Shown: one piece after another, positions 13,870 through 27,229 of the stretch
Layout: every line of letters begins with the position of its first letter
Numbering within the stretch: position 1 is the stretch's first letter
Assembly (NCBI GenBank): GCA_963514005.1
Contig: OY740789.1
Location: 5,084,001 to 5,148,000, forward strand
Direction: 5' to 3'
Origin: Raja brachyura
Taxonomy: Eukaryota
DNA: 64,000 nucleotides
The notes under the pieces: model-generated
Database searches by the model: none
What the model saw: the letters and a program-made list of their open reading frames with translations, nothing else
Told to the model about the DNA's origin: nothing
Translations under genes and position numbers: made by a program

Positions 13870-14270
13870 TGACCTCCTTTACATCGGCGTGACCAAGTGT
13901 ATGCTATGGACCGTTTTGCTGAACATTTGCAATCGGTCTGCCGAGACCTGCTGGATCCCCCGGTTGCGAACCATTTTAACTCCCCCTTCCCATTCCCACA
14001 TTGACCTTTCTGTCCTCTTTTTGTGGATTCATCTCTGGCATTTGTGCAAACATCTGCCAATCAAATACCATTCTCGCCTCCCACCGCAGTTCACTTGCCA
14101 GACTTTGTCCCACCCCCATCTAACGTCCAGCTTCCCCTCACCAATCAGTCTGAAGATGGGTCCCAATCTGAAACGTCACCTATCCATGTTCTCCAGAGAT
14201 GCTGCCTGATCCGCTCAGTTACTCCAGCACTTTGTGCCTTTCCTTGTAAACCAGCATTTGCAGTTCTGTG
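13870..14270 (+). mobile_element. Degenerate Penelope-like 3' fragment (GIY-YIG remnant plus pLTR)
   Basis: DRFAEHL..PVANHFNSP-like coding remnant followed by ctgaagatgggtcccaatctgaaacgtc and the pLTR tail. Confidence 0.75.
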
Positions 14271-14999
14271 TGCCCAGAATATTATATAGTTCATTGCAGG
14301 GAGATACTAAAATCTTTTTATGAGAAAAGAACAGAGAAGGGAAGCATGTTGTAAGATTAATTTGAGGGGGGAACAGAATGACTAGAAATTTAATGCTGCC
14401 TGTTTTAGACGTGTTAATTTGTTGGTGAGTGTTTGGCAAATGAACGCTTCGTTCAAGGGACTGCTGCCAGAAAATCTTTGAAGGCTGGATCTGGAGAGAT
14501 CTCTGGGAGTAGGAGCAAAGAAGAGAATTGATATTTTAACAGTTTGACCGTCTTGAATTGGGAATTAGGTGGGATTGAATTTGTTACAGATGATAGTGGT
14601 ATCCAAGGAAGAACTGAGTCCTCCTTGGGGGGGGGCGGTCAGTGGCATAGCTGGTAGAGCTCCTCACAGTGGAAGATTTGGATTTGATCCTGATGTTGGA
14701 TGCTATCTGTCTGAGGTTTGCACATTCTCCCTGTGACCCTGTGGGTTTCCACCAGGTGCTCCAGTTTCCTTCCACAACCCAAAGATGTATGGGTTTGTAG
14801 GCTAACTGGCCTCTATGTTTAAGAGGCCAGTTAGCCTACAAACCTCTATGGCGAGGTAGGAGGAGGTGTTCACTACTAGGCCTGATTAGTCAGTCACAAT
14901 TACATTAGAATTATGAAGAATGGGTTCTGCATGAGTGGCCCGCAGGTAGCATGGGCTATGGATGAAAATCCTGGAAGTAGACTTCATGCAAGAGTTGAG

Positions 15000-16460
15000 T
15001 GCCATTTCATGATACTGGGACCGTGAGCAATGAAATTCTTAATTGTTGCAGCTTTGTAGGCACATGAAACGCAACATCACAACCCATTAACATACAATAT
15101 ATTATCAATTATTCTAAGTAGACAAATTCATGATAGTGCAAGGCAAAGTACACAATGCAACCTTAGTTTTCCACAGCAGTTTAGTGCTAGAGTAGGCATG
15201 TGGTTAGGGTTATGTTGTAGTTCAAGTGCGTGATGGTGGATGGAAAAAACATTTTAAACCTGCAGTTACATTTCCGACCTTCCTGATGGCTTCAGTGAGA
15301 TGAGAGGGTGGCTCAGGTGGTGTGGGCTTTTGATGATATTAGCTGTAGTCTTGAGACTGCGCTTCCTGTCGATTCCCTTCAACAGTTTGTGAGATCACTA
15401 CCTGTAATGGACTGGGAAATGTTCACTCCTTTATGCAATGTCCTTCATTCTTGAACGTTACCAAAGATCCTTTAGCGCTAGCTCCACTATGGGATCTTTG
15501 ATCGTTACTGAACAGGCTGTGGTGCAATCAGTTAGTATGCTCCCCGGTTGTTCGATAGAGTATTCGGTGAAATGCAGAATCTCCTTAAACATCTGAGACA
15601 ATAGAGGCCTTGGTGAGCTTTCTGTAAATTCATATCAGTATGATGAGCTAAGGAGGGATTATCAGAAACATGTATTTACAGGAATTTGAGGTTGTTGCCT
15701 CTTCACCACAGTCCTGCAAATGAAGATATGTGCAAAGTCCATCTGCTTTCCTTCCTTGAAGTCAACAATCAGCTCCTTGGTTTTGCGAGCGTTAAAATGT
15801 TCTGGCAAATTGTTTATTTCCTTCCTGTACTTTGACTTATTGCTACCTGAAATTTGTCTAACCACTGTGGTATTTAAAGACGGATGCATTTAAAGATGGA
15901 GTTGGAGCCGTCTGGCTCCACATCATGGGGATTGAGAGAATAGAGCAAGGGACAGGATCCAGTAGCACGGTGAGGATCAGAGACACAATTCCCCGAGTTT
16001 GAATGAGTTAACATGGGATAACTGTTGAACACCAAGCTGTCATCGATGAACATCCCATGATGCCTGTGTCCCTGTTATCCAAGTAGTCCAGTAAAGAGTG
16101 GAAAACTATTGAGATCATGTCTGCTATCAATCTGAAGTGGGTCCAGGTCATTTTTAAGATAAGAGTTGATTTGTGTCATAACCGACCTCTCAAAACACTT
16201 CAACACAATAGATGTGAGTGCAACTGGTCAGCAATTATTGAGGCATGGCATCTTGATTTTCCTGGTATTGTGCAATGTCCTTTTAAAGTTGGTGGGGGCC
16301 TCGGACCACATTAGAGAGAGTGAAGATATCCACGTAAACTCCAGCCAGTTTGCCGCACAGGTTTTGAGAACGCGGCCAGGCACACAAGACACTTCCCGAG
16401 GCTTCGCCCTCATGAATGGTCTTCGGATGTCGGCCTTGGTTACGGAGATTACAGAGTCAT
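15000..16460 (-). mobile_element. Decayed Rex1/Babar-type LINE
   Basis: NARKTKELIVDF RT motif in ORF 15662-15889 and flanking decayed RT sequence. Confidence 0.65.
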
Positions 16461-19059
16461 CGAGGATACATCAAACACAAAAGAAAAATAATAAACCTTG
16501 CAATTCATAGTAATTCCATGTTTTTTCACTTTATTTTTCATTAAAGTAGACTATTATGATGCACAAAAATATTGTGCTGCACAATCCAATTTCAAAGCAA
16601 TGAATCTGAGATGCTGAGAGTGCATGTTGGACAGTTGTTGAAAGCTATTTTGAAGATTTTGTTAGTTTTGAATATTGAGTACAAAACCAGGAAAAGCAAA
16701 ATGACAAATTTACAAGGAATGGCTTTGGACAATTGAACTTCATGCATTTCAAGATCTATGATCCGAGGAACCAATCAAATCTAGGAGAGGGTACAGCAAA
16801 GATTCCTGATTAAAGTGCCAGGACTGAGTATTGATCACTAAGAAGGGCTTTAAATATTGCCTATTTTGCAAATGAAGGAGATTATGGATGGCAGCATAAG
16901 TTTAGAGAATGGCAATAGTGGAAGGTTAATTCCACGGGTTGGCAAGCTGATGCCCAAGTTAACACAGAAATAAAATTTGTACTTCAATACTGGGGCCGAG
17001 GATGTTGCTTCATGACTCAATATTTAGGCAGAGAATTGAGTGGATCAGTATTTAAAATAAGAGGCTATAAAACATCTCTAAGGTAGTATTGTGAGAATAT
17101 ACATGGTTTTATATCAGCAGTTAATATGGACTTTGTTGTAATGGGCCAAATGTCTTTGAATGACGGACTAGCTAAGTACTGGAGGCATATGTTTTCAAAT
17201 TTCTGTACCGCTGGCCGGATGTGAGAGGGGAGAAAAGGGAGTGACCAGGGTGGGACTGGTCCTTGAATATATGGAAGATTTATTGGTGTGCTGGAAGAAA
17301 GCTTCTCCCTTCCGCAGTTATCAGGAGAAATCAAGGTTTAACAAAGATCATTTTAGACCTGCTATATCTCTCCAAAATATTGTTTGGTTTACTTTGTTTA
17401 TTAAAAAGAGCAGTATTTGGCTTCCTTTACTCATTTCATCTGTTCCTTACCTTATCTTTTCTCCTCTTCCATCAAACCAGGAATTAAAGGTTGAGGAATG
17501 ATGTGATTGCAAGAGGGCACGGATCGCACGATGCTAACATTTTATACAAACAGGGCAAATGTAGACGTCTGTGAAACTGTAAGTAGCTGATTAAAAAGTG
17601 AATTATTTTAAGGGAACATTGATGGAGTACAGACATTATTAAAGTGATTTTTTACTTTCGCCCTTATTTAGTTCAGATTTAAAAAGAATGGCATGCCTAA
17701 ATCAGGCCCATGACCATTTCGGAATCTGACTTTTTAGGTAAATTATTTATCCACTAAACAAAAATGAGAGGTCTAAGAAATGGTTGAAGATATTTCCTTT
17801 TGGTTGAATTATGAAAGAGCAAGCCTGGATATATTTGGTCCCCTCATCCAAGTATTGATGTGAATTGTTAACAGATGAAAGCTCAAGCAACACTCCAAAT
17901 AGTTATGGTCGTCCAAAGTAAAATTGACCTGTTTATTCCTATGGTCTGCCACCAATTCTCATTACATTCTATTCCTATGCTGTTCTGTTCTATATTACCA
18001 CCAATCCCATGTGCTCTAATTTTGTTCTAATGTGTTCTAATTTTGCCATTTATAAAATCCAAACACACCATATCCACTAGTCAACCCCGATCCTACTAGT
18101 TACAACCTTAAAATACATTTCCGTCATTTGTTAAACATTGATAAATCTGTGCCTGGTCCTATTATTACTTTCTACCAGTTGCCGATTATTTAATAATGGA
18201 TTACAGGGTTATCTGCACTGCTGCTGTCAGCTTTACAGTTACCCATTTTATTTCCCTTTATTAAATGGTGGGCTTATATGTGCTGCCTTCTAAATTGTGG
18301 GAACAAAACTATTCCAAAATTAATGGAATGTTGAAGATGACAAGGAATGCTGCCAGTTTCCCCCATACCGCTGAGTACGTAGGTGAGGATATGGCAAAAG
18401 GGATGTAATGTTGAAAAATGTGAGATCATCCATTGTGGGGCACAAAACCGAAAGCAGCATTTGTTAAATAGTCAGAGATTGGGTAGTGTTGATTTCAAAG
18501 GGACCTGGGCATACTTCTACACAGAAGTCCAATGTACAGGTGCAGCAAATGTTTAGGTGCCAATGGTGCGATGGCCTTATTGTGCAGTGATTTGATTACA
18601 GCAGAAAATATATCTAATTGTATACAGCCTTAGTTGACTACACTTGGAATATTGTGTACAATTTTGTCATCCTTGTCTAACCCAAAACATCCAGCCCATA
18701 GAAGAAGTACACTGGTAATTTACCAGACTGGTACCGCACTGGTGGCGTGCGTGCTTGTCGTATAAAGTGCGATTTGAGTAGGCAGGTAATCCAGTTTGTG
18801 TAATTTAGGAAAATGAGAGGCAATCTCATTGAAGAACTTAATGGTCATTGAGAATATTTCCCTTGAGTGAGGAATCTGCCACAGTTTGAGAATAAGGGGT
18901 AGGTGTTTATGACTAAGAGAAGGAATTTTGGTCATAAATGACATACACCTTATTCTTAGGAGATTATACATATTTAGACTCTATCCTGATTATTTCTAGA
19001 AACTTGATTATTGTGTACATTCAAAACGTTGTTGCTCGCTCCACCTGAATGTCAATCAA

Positions 19060-19370
19060 AATACCCCTTGTCTGAATCCACCTACCAATCTGAAGAAGGG
19101 TCTCAACCCGAAATGTCACCTTTTCACCAGAGATGCTGGCTGACCCGCGGAGTTACTCCAGTCTTTTGTGTCTATATTCCACCTATCACTTGCCAGGCTT
19201 TGTCCCTCCCAAAGCTCTTTTCCAGCTTTCTCTCCCCTTCCCCACTGCATCAGTCTAATGAAGCATCCTGACCCGAAGCGTGATCAGTCCATGTGCTCCA
19301 CAGATGCTGCGTGACCCGCTGAATTATTCCAACACCGTGTTTTCCGCAAGATTTCAGACTCTGCAATGTC
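19060..19370 (+). mobile_element. Two tandem Penelope pLTR copies
   Basis: ctgaagaagggtctcaacccgaaatgtc...agatgctg at ~19090 and a decayed second copy at ~19253. Confidence 0.7.
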
Positions 19371-20955
19371 TCGATCATGTGACATTGTTCCATATTTTCT
19401 TTTAAAAAATACTGTCAATCAGAATTAGAGAACTACTCAACACATCTGTGCAGCATTTTCTCTATAATCGCAATGCAAGTTTTATTTAATTGGCGGATTG
19501 GTCGCTTCATGAAAAAGCACGAGAAATATTAGATATTGATGTCTGCTCTCAGTTATCACAACAGTAGTTTCTAGCATGTATAATTGGATTGATCCTGTCC
19601 AGAAAGATTTTCGTTCTTGCATAAATAACAATGGAATGCTCAAAGCTAAAGAAAATACTCCTGGTAAAGTTTAAAAAGGAGCTGGAGTTCATGTCACTTG
19701 TACCCTGGAGGCTCTGCCTGAAAACTGCATAGGAACACAGGAATAGGAACAGGAATGTCCATTTGGTCCCTCAAGCATGTTTAGGCATTCAATAAGATCT
19801 TGGCTGATGTGATTGTTGGCTTCAATTCCACTTCCATGCCTGATCCCATAATCTTTGATAGATCTACATTCAAAAATCTTTCTTTCAACCTTCAATTTAT
19901 TTAATGACTTAACATCTGCAGCTCTCTAGGGTATTGGGTTCCAAGGATTGAGAGAAGAAGTCCCCATTTCAGTCTTAAATGTGGTCCTTTTTATCCTGAG
20001 AACATGCCTAGACTTCCCCTCCAAGGAAAATATCTTCCCAACAACACCACCTCCCCTCATTATACTATCTTGACTATTTTTTATTTGTACCTAAAGTTTT
20101 CTTCTGTACATAATTCTCCCATCTGTCATTGTGTTATCACCCAGCCATTGATCTGTACACAGAAACAAGTCCTTTGCCTCACGACATCCGCACCATCCTG
20201 AATGCCTATCTTCACTCATCCCATTTGCCTGCAGTTAGTCCTTATCATTCTGTATGTTGCCTCTTTAACTGCATGTCAAAATGTCTCTTAAACATTGTGA
20301 TTGTATCTGACTCCACATCTCCTCTAGAATTGAGTTCCAGCTTTCAATCACCGTGTGTGTGTGTGTCCGTCCGTCCTCCCACTCAAATCCCCATTAAATT
20401 TCTTTCCTCTCGCCTTAAACCATATGCCCTCTTGGATTTCTTGCCTTTACTGTTAGAAAAAGATTTGGAATGTGTATTCTATCAATGTCTCTTATAATTT
20501 ATATACAGCAGATTGTAAGGATTCCTTGACTAAGGAAACCAAATCCAGCCTCTCCCCTTTACTTCAATCCTGGTGAATCTCCTCTGCATTCACTCCAGTG
20601 TAATCGTATCCTTCCTGTAGTGTGGCATTCAGAACTGCACATAATAAATACTCCAAATGCACTCTGACCAGTGTTTTGTAAAGTGGTAAAATAACATCCC
20701 AACCTTTGTATTCTATGCTCAAACTACAAAGGCTACCATGTCATGTGTCTACCTATGTTGTCACTTGAAACCTCAACTCCCTCTGTTTATCAACATTTCT
20801 CAGTGCCCCACCATTTACTATAAATGCTGTAACTATCTTTGACCTCCCATTTGTCGGAATTAAATTTCATCTGCTAAAAACCTGCCCACTTTCTGCTGTA
20901 TTGATATTCTTCTATAACCTTAGACGACCTTCTTTACCCCTCACACTGCTTGTAT

Positions 20956-21830
20956 CAATAGACAATAGGTGCAGGAATAGGCCATTCGGCCCTTCGAGCC
21001 AGCACTGCCATTCAATGTGATCATGGCTGATCATCCACAATCATCAGGACCCCGTTCCTGCCTTCTCCCAATATCCCCTGACTCCGCTATCTTTAAGAGC
21101 CCTATCTAGCTCTCTCTTGAAAGTATCCAGAGAACCGGCCTCCATCACCCTCTGAGGCAGAGAATTCCACAGACTCACAACTCTCTGAGAAAAAGTGTTT
21201 CCTCGTCTCCGTTCTTAAACTGTGGCCCCTGGTTCTGGACTCCCCCAACATCGGGAACATGTTTCCTGCCTCTATTGTGTCCAAACCCTTAACAATCTTA
21301 TATGTTTCAATAAGATCCCCTATCATCCTTCTAAACTCCAGAGTATACAAGCCCAGCCGCTCCATTCTCTCAGCATATGACAGTCCCGCCATCCCGGGAA
21401 TTAACCTTGTAAACCTACGCTGCACTCCCTCAATAGCAAGAATGTTCTTCCTCAACCTAGGGGACCAAAACTGCCACAATACTCCAGGTGTGGTCTCACT
21501 AGGGCCCTGTACAACTGCGGAAGGACCTCTTTGCTCCTATACTCGACTCCTCGTGTTACAAAGGCCAACATGCCATTCGCTTTCTTCACTGCCTGCTGTA
21601 CCTGCATGCTTACTTTCATAGACATTGAACAAGGACCCCCCAGATCCCTTTGTACTTCCCCTTTTCCCAACTTGGTGCCATTTAGATAGTAATCTGCCTT
21701 CCTGTTTTTGCTACCAAAGTGGATAACCTCACATTTATCCACATTAAACTTAATCTACCATGCATCTGCCCACTCCCCCAACCTGTCCAAGTCACCCGGC
21801 ATTCTCATAGCATCCTCCTCACAGTGCACA
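20956..21830 (-). mobile_element. CR1-clade LINE 3' fragment (HER1-like)
   Basis: Frameshifted RT C-terminus (DKCEVIHFG, LYRALVRPHLEYC, VQRRFTRLIPG, ESRTRGHSL) and (ctattgt)n tail. Confidence 0.9.
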
Positions 21831-23199
21831 CAGTATCACTTGAAAACCTATTAATTATGCCATCTACATTCATATCCAAGTTGTTAATGCATATCACAAA
21901 CAACAAGGATCCCAGCACTGATCCCACGTGTACCTCTGGTGATACTTTCCTAATCAGAATGCACCATTTAGGCCATTATCTTCTGCCTCCTATTGAAAAT
22001 AATGTTTGGATCCAATTAGCCACTCACCTTGGACCCTAGGTGCGTTCTGGATCAGCTGACCATGTGGACCTTGTCAAATGTCTTACTAAAGTCCATATGG
22101 TCATCAACCGCCCAGCGAGGAGAGATGAAAGCTGTGGCGATTAGGCAGTAAGGTTAAATGACTCGTGCAGTGGGAGGCAGAGCAGAAAAGGGACCCCCAT
22201 TTCACTGTCTCATACAATTACAGAAACCAGCTGAGTTCTGGGACATTTTCAGGAGCATTCACTCAGACAAACCAAAAATGTTTCAGTTCAATAATTTGGT
22301 TTGATATCAACTAATAAGATCCTGAAAAATCCAGATGTAACCTTGCTAGTTTATTTGTGTCCTTAAATGGTTACAGTAGATGAGGTTCATCTGTGTCAGG
22401 AATGCTAGAAGGATTTTTGGATTTTTTTTCAAGGAAATCCTAACCAATGATGGTACTTTTAAAAGACACCCCTGTTGTGTAATTACCAGGAACTGACAAG
22501 AAATCTGGGCAAAAATCATATCCATACCTTGGAAAGTTATGCTGCTCTTTTTTTGTTCCTGACTTAACCCATGTCACCAGAAGTAAACAACTGTGGTGAC
22601 AAGGAGCTGCAGATACTAGTTTATCGGGTCAGGCAGTAATTTAGCGGGTCAGGCAGTATTTCTGGAGCACACGGATAGGTGACGTTGCAAGTCGGAGCCC
22701 TTCTTCAGGCTTAACTCAACCTGAATTCCAGGCAATTAAGGAATTTCATTTTTAAAAGGATTCTCCGGAGATCTGTGGAGATGGTCATGGAATATAAAGA
22801 CTGAAAATGATAAATTACCAGTGAGTAGAGATATTGGGAGAGCACAGAAAAGTGATCTCTGTGCCAAAGATTATCAAGTGGTATGTGGAGAATGCGGGAA
22901 AATGATGTTGAGGCCAAGGTTGGATCAGCCATAGAACACTAAAGTGCCGGAGGGATTTTGCAGGATAGGAAGCATCTTTGGAGGATGTGTATAGGCAATG
23001 TTTCGGGTCAGGACCCTCTTCAGTTTGAAGAAGGGTCCCAAACAGTTCCTCCAACACTGTGTTTTGCACAAGATTCCAGCATCTGCAGTTTATTGTATCA
23101 CTTGGATCAGCCATATTCTTACTCAATGGCAGAGCAAACTTGCGTGAATGAATAGCATACTTCCAATTATGTTTCTGATCGGACATTTGGAACCAACGT

Positions 23200-23650
23200 A
23201 TAGAGTTACAAGGATATTGCCAGCACTCGAGGGCTTGAGCTTTACGGAAATGTTGGGCAGACTATTCCTTGGAGTGCAGGAGGCTGAGGAGTTATAGGGG
23301 TGAATTAATAAAAAACATAGGGGGAGGAATAGATAGGGTACATGCAAGTCTTTTGCCCACCGTAAGGGAATCAAACCAGAGGACACAGGTTTTAGGTGCG
23401 AAGGGCAAGATTTAATAGGAACCTGAAGGACAACTTTTTTACTCATTTTATGGTGGGTACGTGGAATGAGCTGCCAGAGGAGGTGGTGAGGCAGGTACTA
23501 TAACAGCATTCATAAGACGCTTGGCCTACATTGATAGGAAAGATTTAGAGCAGTATAGGCCAAACGGGGATAATGAAACCAGCTTAGATGGGGCATCTTG
23601 GCCGGCATGGACGAGTTGGGTCAAAGGACTTGGTTTCCTGCTGTATGGCG
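23200..23650 (+). mobile_element. Older CR1 subfamily fragment
   Basis: Decayed RT C-terminus and ggaatgagctgccagaggagg...gggcatcttgg tail; similar at ~24790-25090, 26360-26640, 42260-42575, 45335-45780, 50305-50700, and 56460-56930 on the minus strand. Confidence 0.7.
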
Positions 23651-23789
23651 CCATGTCCAAATAAAGTGGTACTAGTCGATTTTGAAGTTAACATTGGCAC
23701 TTCATGTTTTGGGATTGTAAAGAAGTTTTCTTTGATATTGAATGATTCATTGTTCTGAATGGTTACCCCCGCAGTCTTTGCTGGAACAA

Positions 23790-23970
<181 letters not shown>

Positions 23971-25384
23971 TGATGGCAAATGTAAATGATGCAAAATAGA
24001 ATGGGGAAAGCATGAAATCCTTGTTGAACTTGCTAAGACCAATCCTTAAACCTGATGCCCTGAACAGACAAAATGAGTTACATTATAGACTTTGTTTTGT
24101 TCCTCGTTACCTTTTCCATTTGCATTGTGGATATGGAACTAGACTGGTATCTAGAGTAATTGATTCTTGGCCTGGAGATGGATTTGCATCCCACCAGAGC
24201 TAGAGCGTCGTACAGCATTGAAACACCTCATCCTACCGTGTGTATACTTATCCCATTTTCCAGCATCCGGCCCATAGCCTTCCATGCCGTGGTAATTGAA
24301 GTGCTCGTCTAAATACTTAAAAGTTCAGAGTCTCTGCCCCACAGGCAACGTATTCCAGATTCTAACCACACGTGAGACAAAATAAACATCTTGCATGGAT
24401 ACCCTCGGAATCGCCTAGCTCTTGCCTTAAATCCATGCCCGCTGGTTTTAGATTCCATTTAGATTTAGATAGAGTAACTGAAGATTTCTACCCATGATTG
24501 CCCCTTATTTTTTTTATCATGTCCTCCCCTTCAGCCTCCTCTGTTCCAAAGAACATAAACCCAACCTATCTTATCTTCCCTCAACTTAACTCTTCACAGG
24601 CGACATCTTGGTGAAATCGTGTAGTCTTTTCGCTGAATGGATAGTACGTAACAATTTTTTTTCACTATACCATGGTACACATGACAATAATAAATTAGAC
24701 TAAGCTAAACTTCTCTGTACCCTCATTTACCAGGAGTAGGAGAATCAAGAATCTTCATCTCAGTGTAAGTGAATCAATAACTTTTAGCCAGAGTAGCTCA
24801 AGAACCAGAGCACATAGGGTTAAGGTGAGAAGAAAATATTTTATAGGAACCTGGGGTCAAGGTTTTAACTCTGAGGGTGGTGGGTATGTGGAACAAATTG
24901 CCAGTGGAGATAGCTGAGGCAGGTATTATAACAGCATTCAAAAGACACTTGGGCAGGTATAGGATATGTTTAGAGGGATATGGGCCAAACACGAGCAGCT
25001 GGGACTGGCGTAGATGAGGGCCTGTTTCTGTGCCCTATGACTGAGAGAAGTTCAACCTGTAGAAGGGCCTGTTTCTGTGCCCTATGACTGAGACTCCAGT
25101 GCAATCACATCCTTCCCATGTGGCGGCCAGAACAGTACACAGTTGTTGCAATCCATTTAGTGCTGTCATTGCAAGCCAAACTACTATTTGATAGTCATAG
25201 AATGGTACAGCATAGAAACTAGGCCAAATGTTGTTTGAATGTAGACTCTGCTTGGGCATAAGATTACACTCAGCCACAATGCATACCATGACCAAAAGGA
25301 CTTAGTAATTCTGACTCTTGCTTAAGTATAGCTTGGGAAGCCAACTGTTAGTTATTTAATTGTTAGTTGTCACGCCCTGGCAGG

Positions 25385-25740
25385 TACCCCCCCCCCGTCT
25401 ACCCTCTCCCATCAGGCGAAAGGTATAGAAGTGTGAAAATGCACACCACCAGATTCAAGGACAGTTTCTTCCCATCTGTTATCAGGCAACTGAATCACCC
25501 TACCACAACCAGAGAGCAGTGCTGAACTACTATCTACCTCTTTGGTGACCCTCAGACTATCCTTGATCGGACTTTGCTGGCTTTACCTTACACTAGACGT
25601 TATTCCCTTATCATGTATCTATAGACTGTAAATGGCTCGATTGTGATCATGTATTGTCTTTCCACTGACTGGTTAGCACGCAACAAAAGCTTTTCACTGT
25701 ACCTCTGTACACGTGACAATAAACTAAAGTGTACTGAACT
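25385..25740 (+). mobile_element. Rex/Babar LINE 3' end
   Basis: LPSGERYRSVKMHTTRFKDSFFP-type terminus and cactgtacc..gtgacaataaa(ctaaa) tail. Confidence 0.75.
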
Positions 25741-25835
25741 GAGCCAAGGAATCACTGCCGAGAATGGATAGTACATTAACAAAGTTTCACCATTATATCT
25801 TGCCTCAAAATTGAAAGATTTGTTGTCTTTTACAG

Positions 25836-25998
25836 GTTGAACTTCTAGAAGCAGCTTTGGAACATAATACTATCGTTTGTTTAAATACTGGCTCAGGGAA
25901 GACTTTTATTGCAGTGCTACTCACAAAGGAGTTATCTCATCAGATCAGGGGACAGTTCAACAAGAATGGCTCGAGGACTGTGTTTTTAGTTAGTTCAA
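25836..25998 (+). CDS. DICER1: Dicer-1 exon 3 (helicase motif I / Walker A)
   Basis: [39 protein letters not shown]...; tacag| and |gtaagt; 163 nt. Confidence 0.97.
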
Positions 25999-26724
25999 GT
26001 AAGTATCATTTACATAGTAGTGCAGCCATTTCAACCTTCTGAAATGACGTTTAAATTGTACAGTCTGTCCTTTAGGTTTAATTTAGTTTAGAGATACAGC
26101 GCGGAAACAGGCCCTTCGGCCCACCAGGTCCGCGCCGACCAGCCACCACTTTTCAACTGGATATAAACTGGGAGTGGGTAATCTTGGAGTGCTGCTTCCA
26201 TTTACAAGACTCCATTGCTGGCTGGCAGACTGGCACTAAACATGGGACATTCAGGGCAGTTTGACTCTGATATTCTGAAGTCCCATTGACAAAATGTTAG
26301 AGTTCCTTAAATTTATTGTTTATCTGATCATCGGCGCATGTGCCTTTTCCCCACAATATGGGAACCAAGAACATAGGTTTACGGTAAGTGCGTAAAGATT
26401 GAATAAGAAACTATTTCATTCAGATGGTTGTGCTTATATGGAATGAGCTGCCAGAGGAGGTAGATGAAGCAGGTACTTTAATAATATTTAAAGGCATTTG
26501 GAAAGGTACATAGATTAAAAAAAGGTTCAGAGGGAGGTGGACCAAACGTGATCGGGGGGGGACCAACGTACATGGGGCAACTCGGTCGGCATGGACGCGT
26601 TGGACGGAAGGGCTTGTTTCCGTGCTATATGATTCTATGACTAATACAGCTGTACGTTGGGAAATTAAATAGAGATGATATTTGTGTTTCTGGACTGTGT
26701 AACAAAGGGGATTTTGTTTCCTAG

Positions 26725-26855
26725 CATCCTCTGTGGCTCAGCTAGCAGCAGCTGTCAAGACTCATTCTGATCTGAAGGTTGGGGAGTATTCTGTTATGGA
26801 GAACGTTGAGTCATGGACATGGGAAGAATGGAATAAACGCTTCAGTGGACAGCAG
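26725..26855 (+). CDS. DICER1: Dicer-1 exon 4 (HEL1)
   Basis: [22 protein letters not shown]...FSGQQ; ctag| and |gtattc; 131 nt, phase-compatible. Confidence 0.95.
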
Positions 26856-27094
26856 GTATTCCCACGTGTTATTTCTTTATTCGTGTGTCAGGACCCGAGT
26901 GTTGCTGGGGCCATCCATAAAACACAATACAGCTGGTGATTTCTTGCTTTTGAGAGAACGGGGTTTGTGAGAGTGCATTGAGAGATGCGGTTTGTGTTGC
27001 ATAGCGAGTAGCCTATCTTTACTGGGCTTAATGATTTTTTAATGTAAAATCAATTGAGATTGACCTTGTTCTTCCCTTTGTCGTGTTTGCACAG

Positions 27095-27229
27095 GTGCTA
27101 GTTATGACTTGCCACATCTTCTTGCACATATTGAAGAGAGGCTACATTCTCCTCTCGAATATCAACCTGCTGGTGTTTGATGAATGTCACCTTGCAATTA
27201 AAGACCATCCCTATCAGGAAATTATGAAG
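27095..27229 (+). CDS. DICER1: Dicer-1 exon 5 (DECH box)
   Basis: [45 protein letters not shown]; acag| and |gtatga; 135 nt. Confidence 0.97.

Noticed and set aside
25018-25094. 29-bp direct repeat gggcctgtttctgtgccctatgactgaga
   Set aside because: Local duplication of a CR1 tail, like the small tandem duplications at ~13309-13336 and ~35470-35512; no sign of function.
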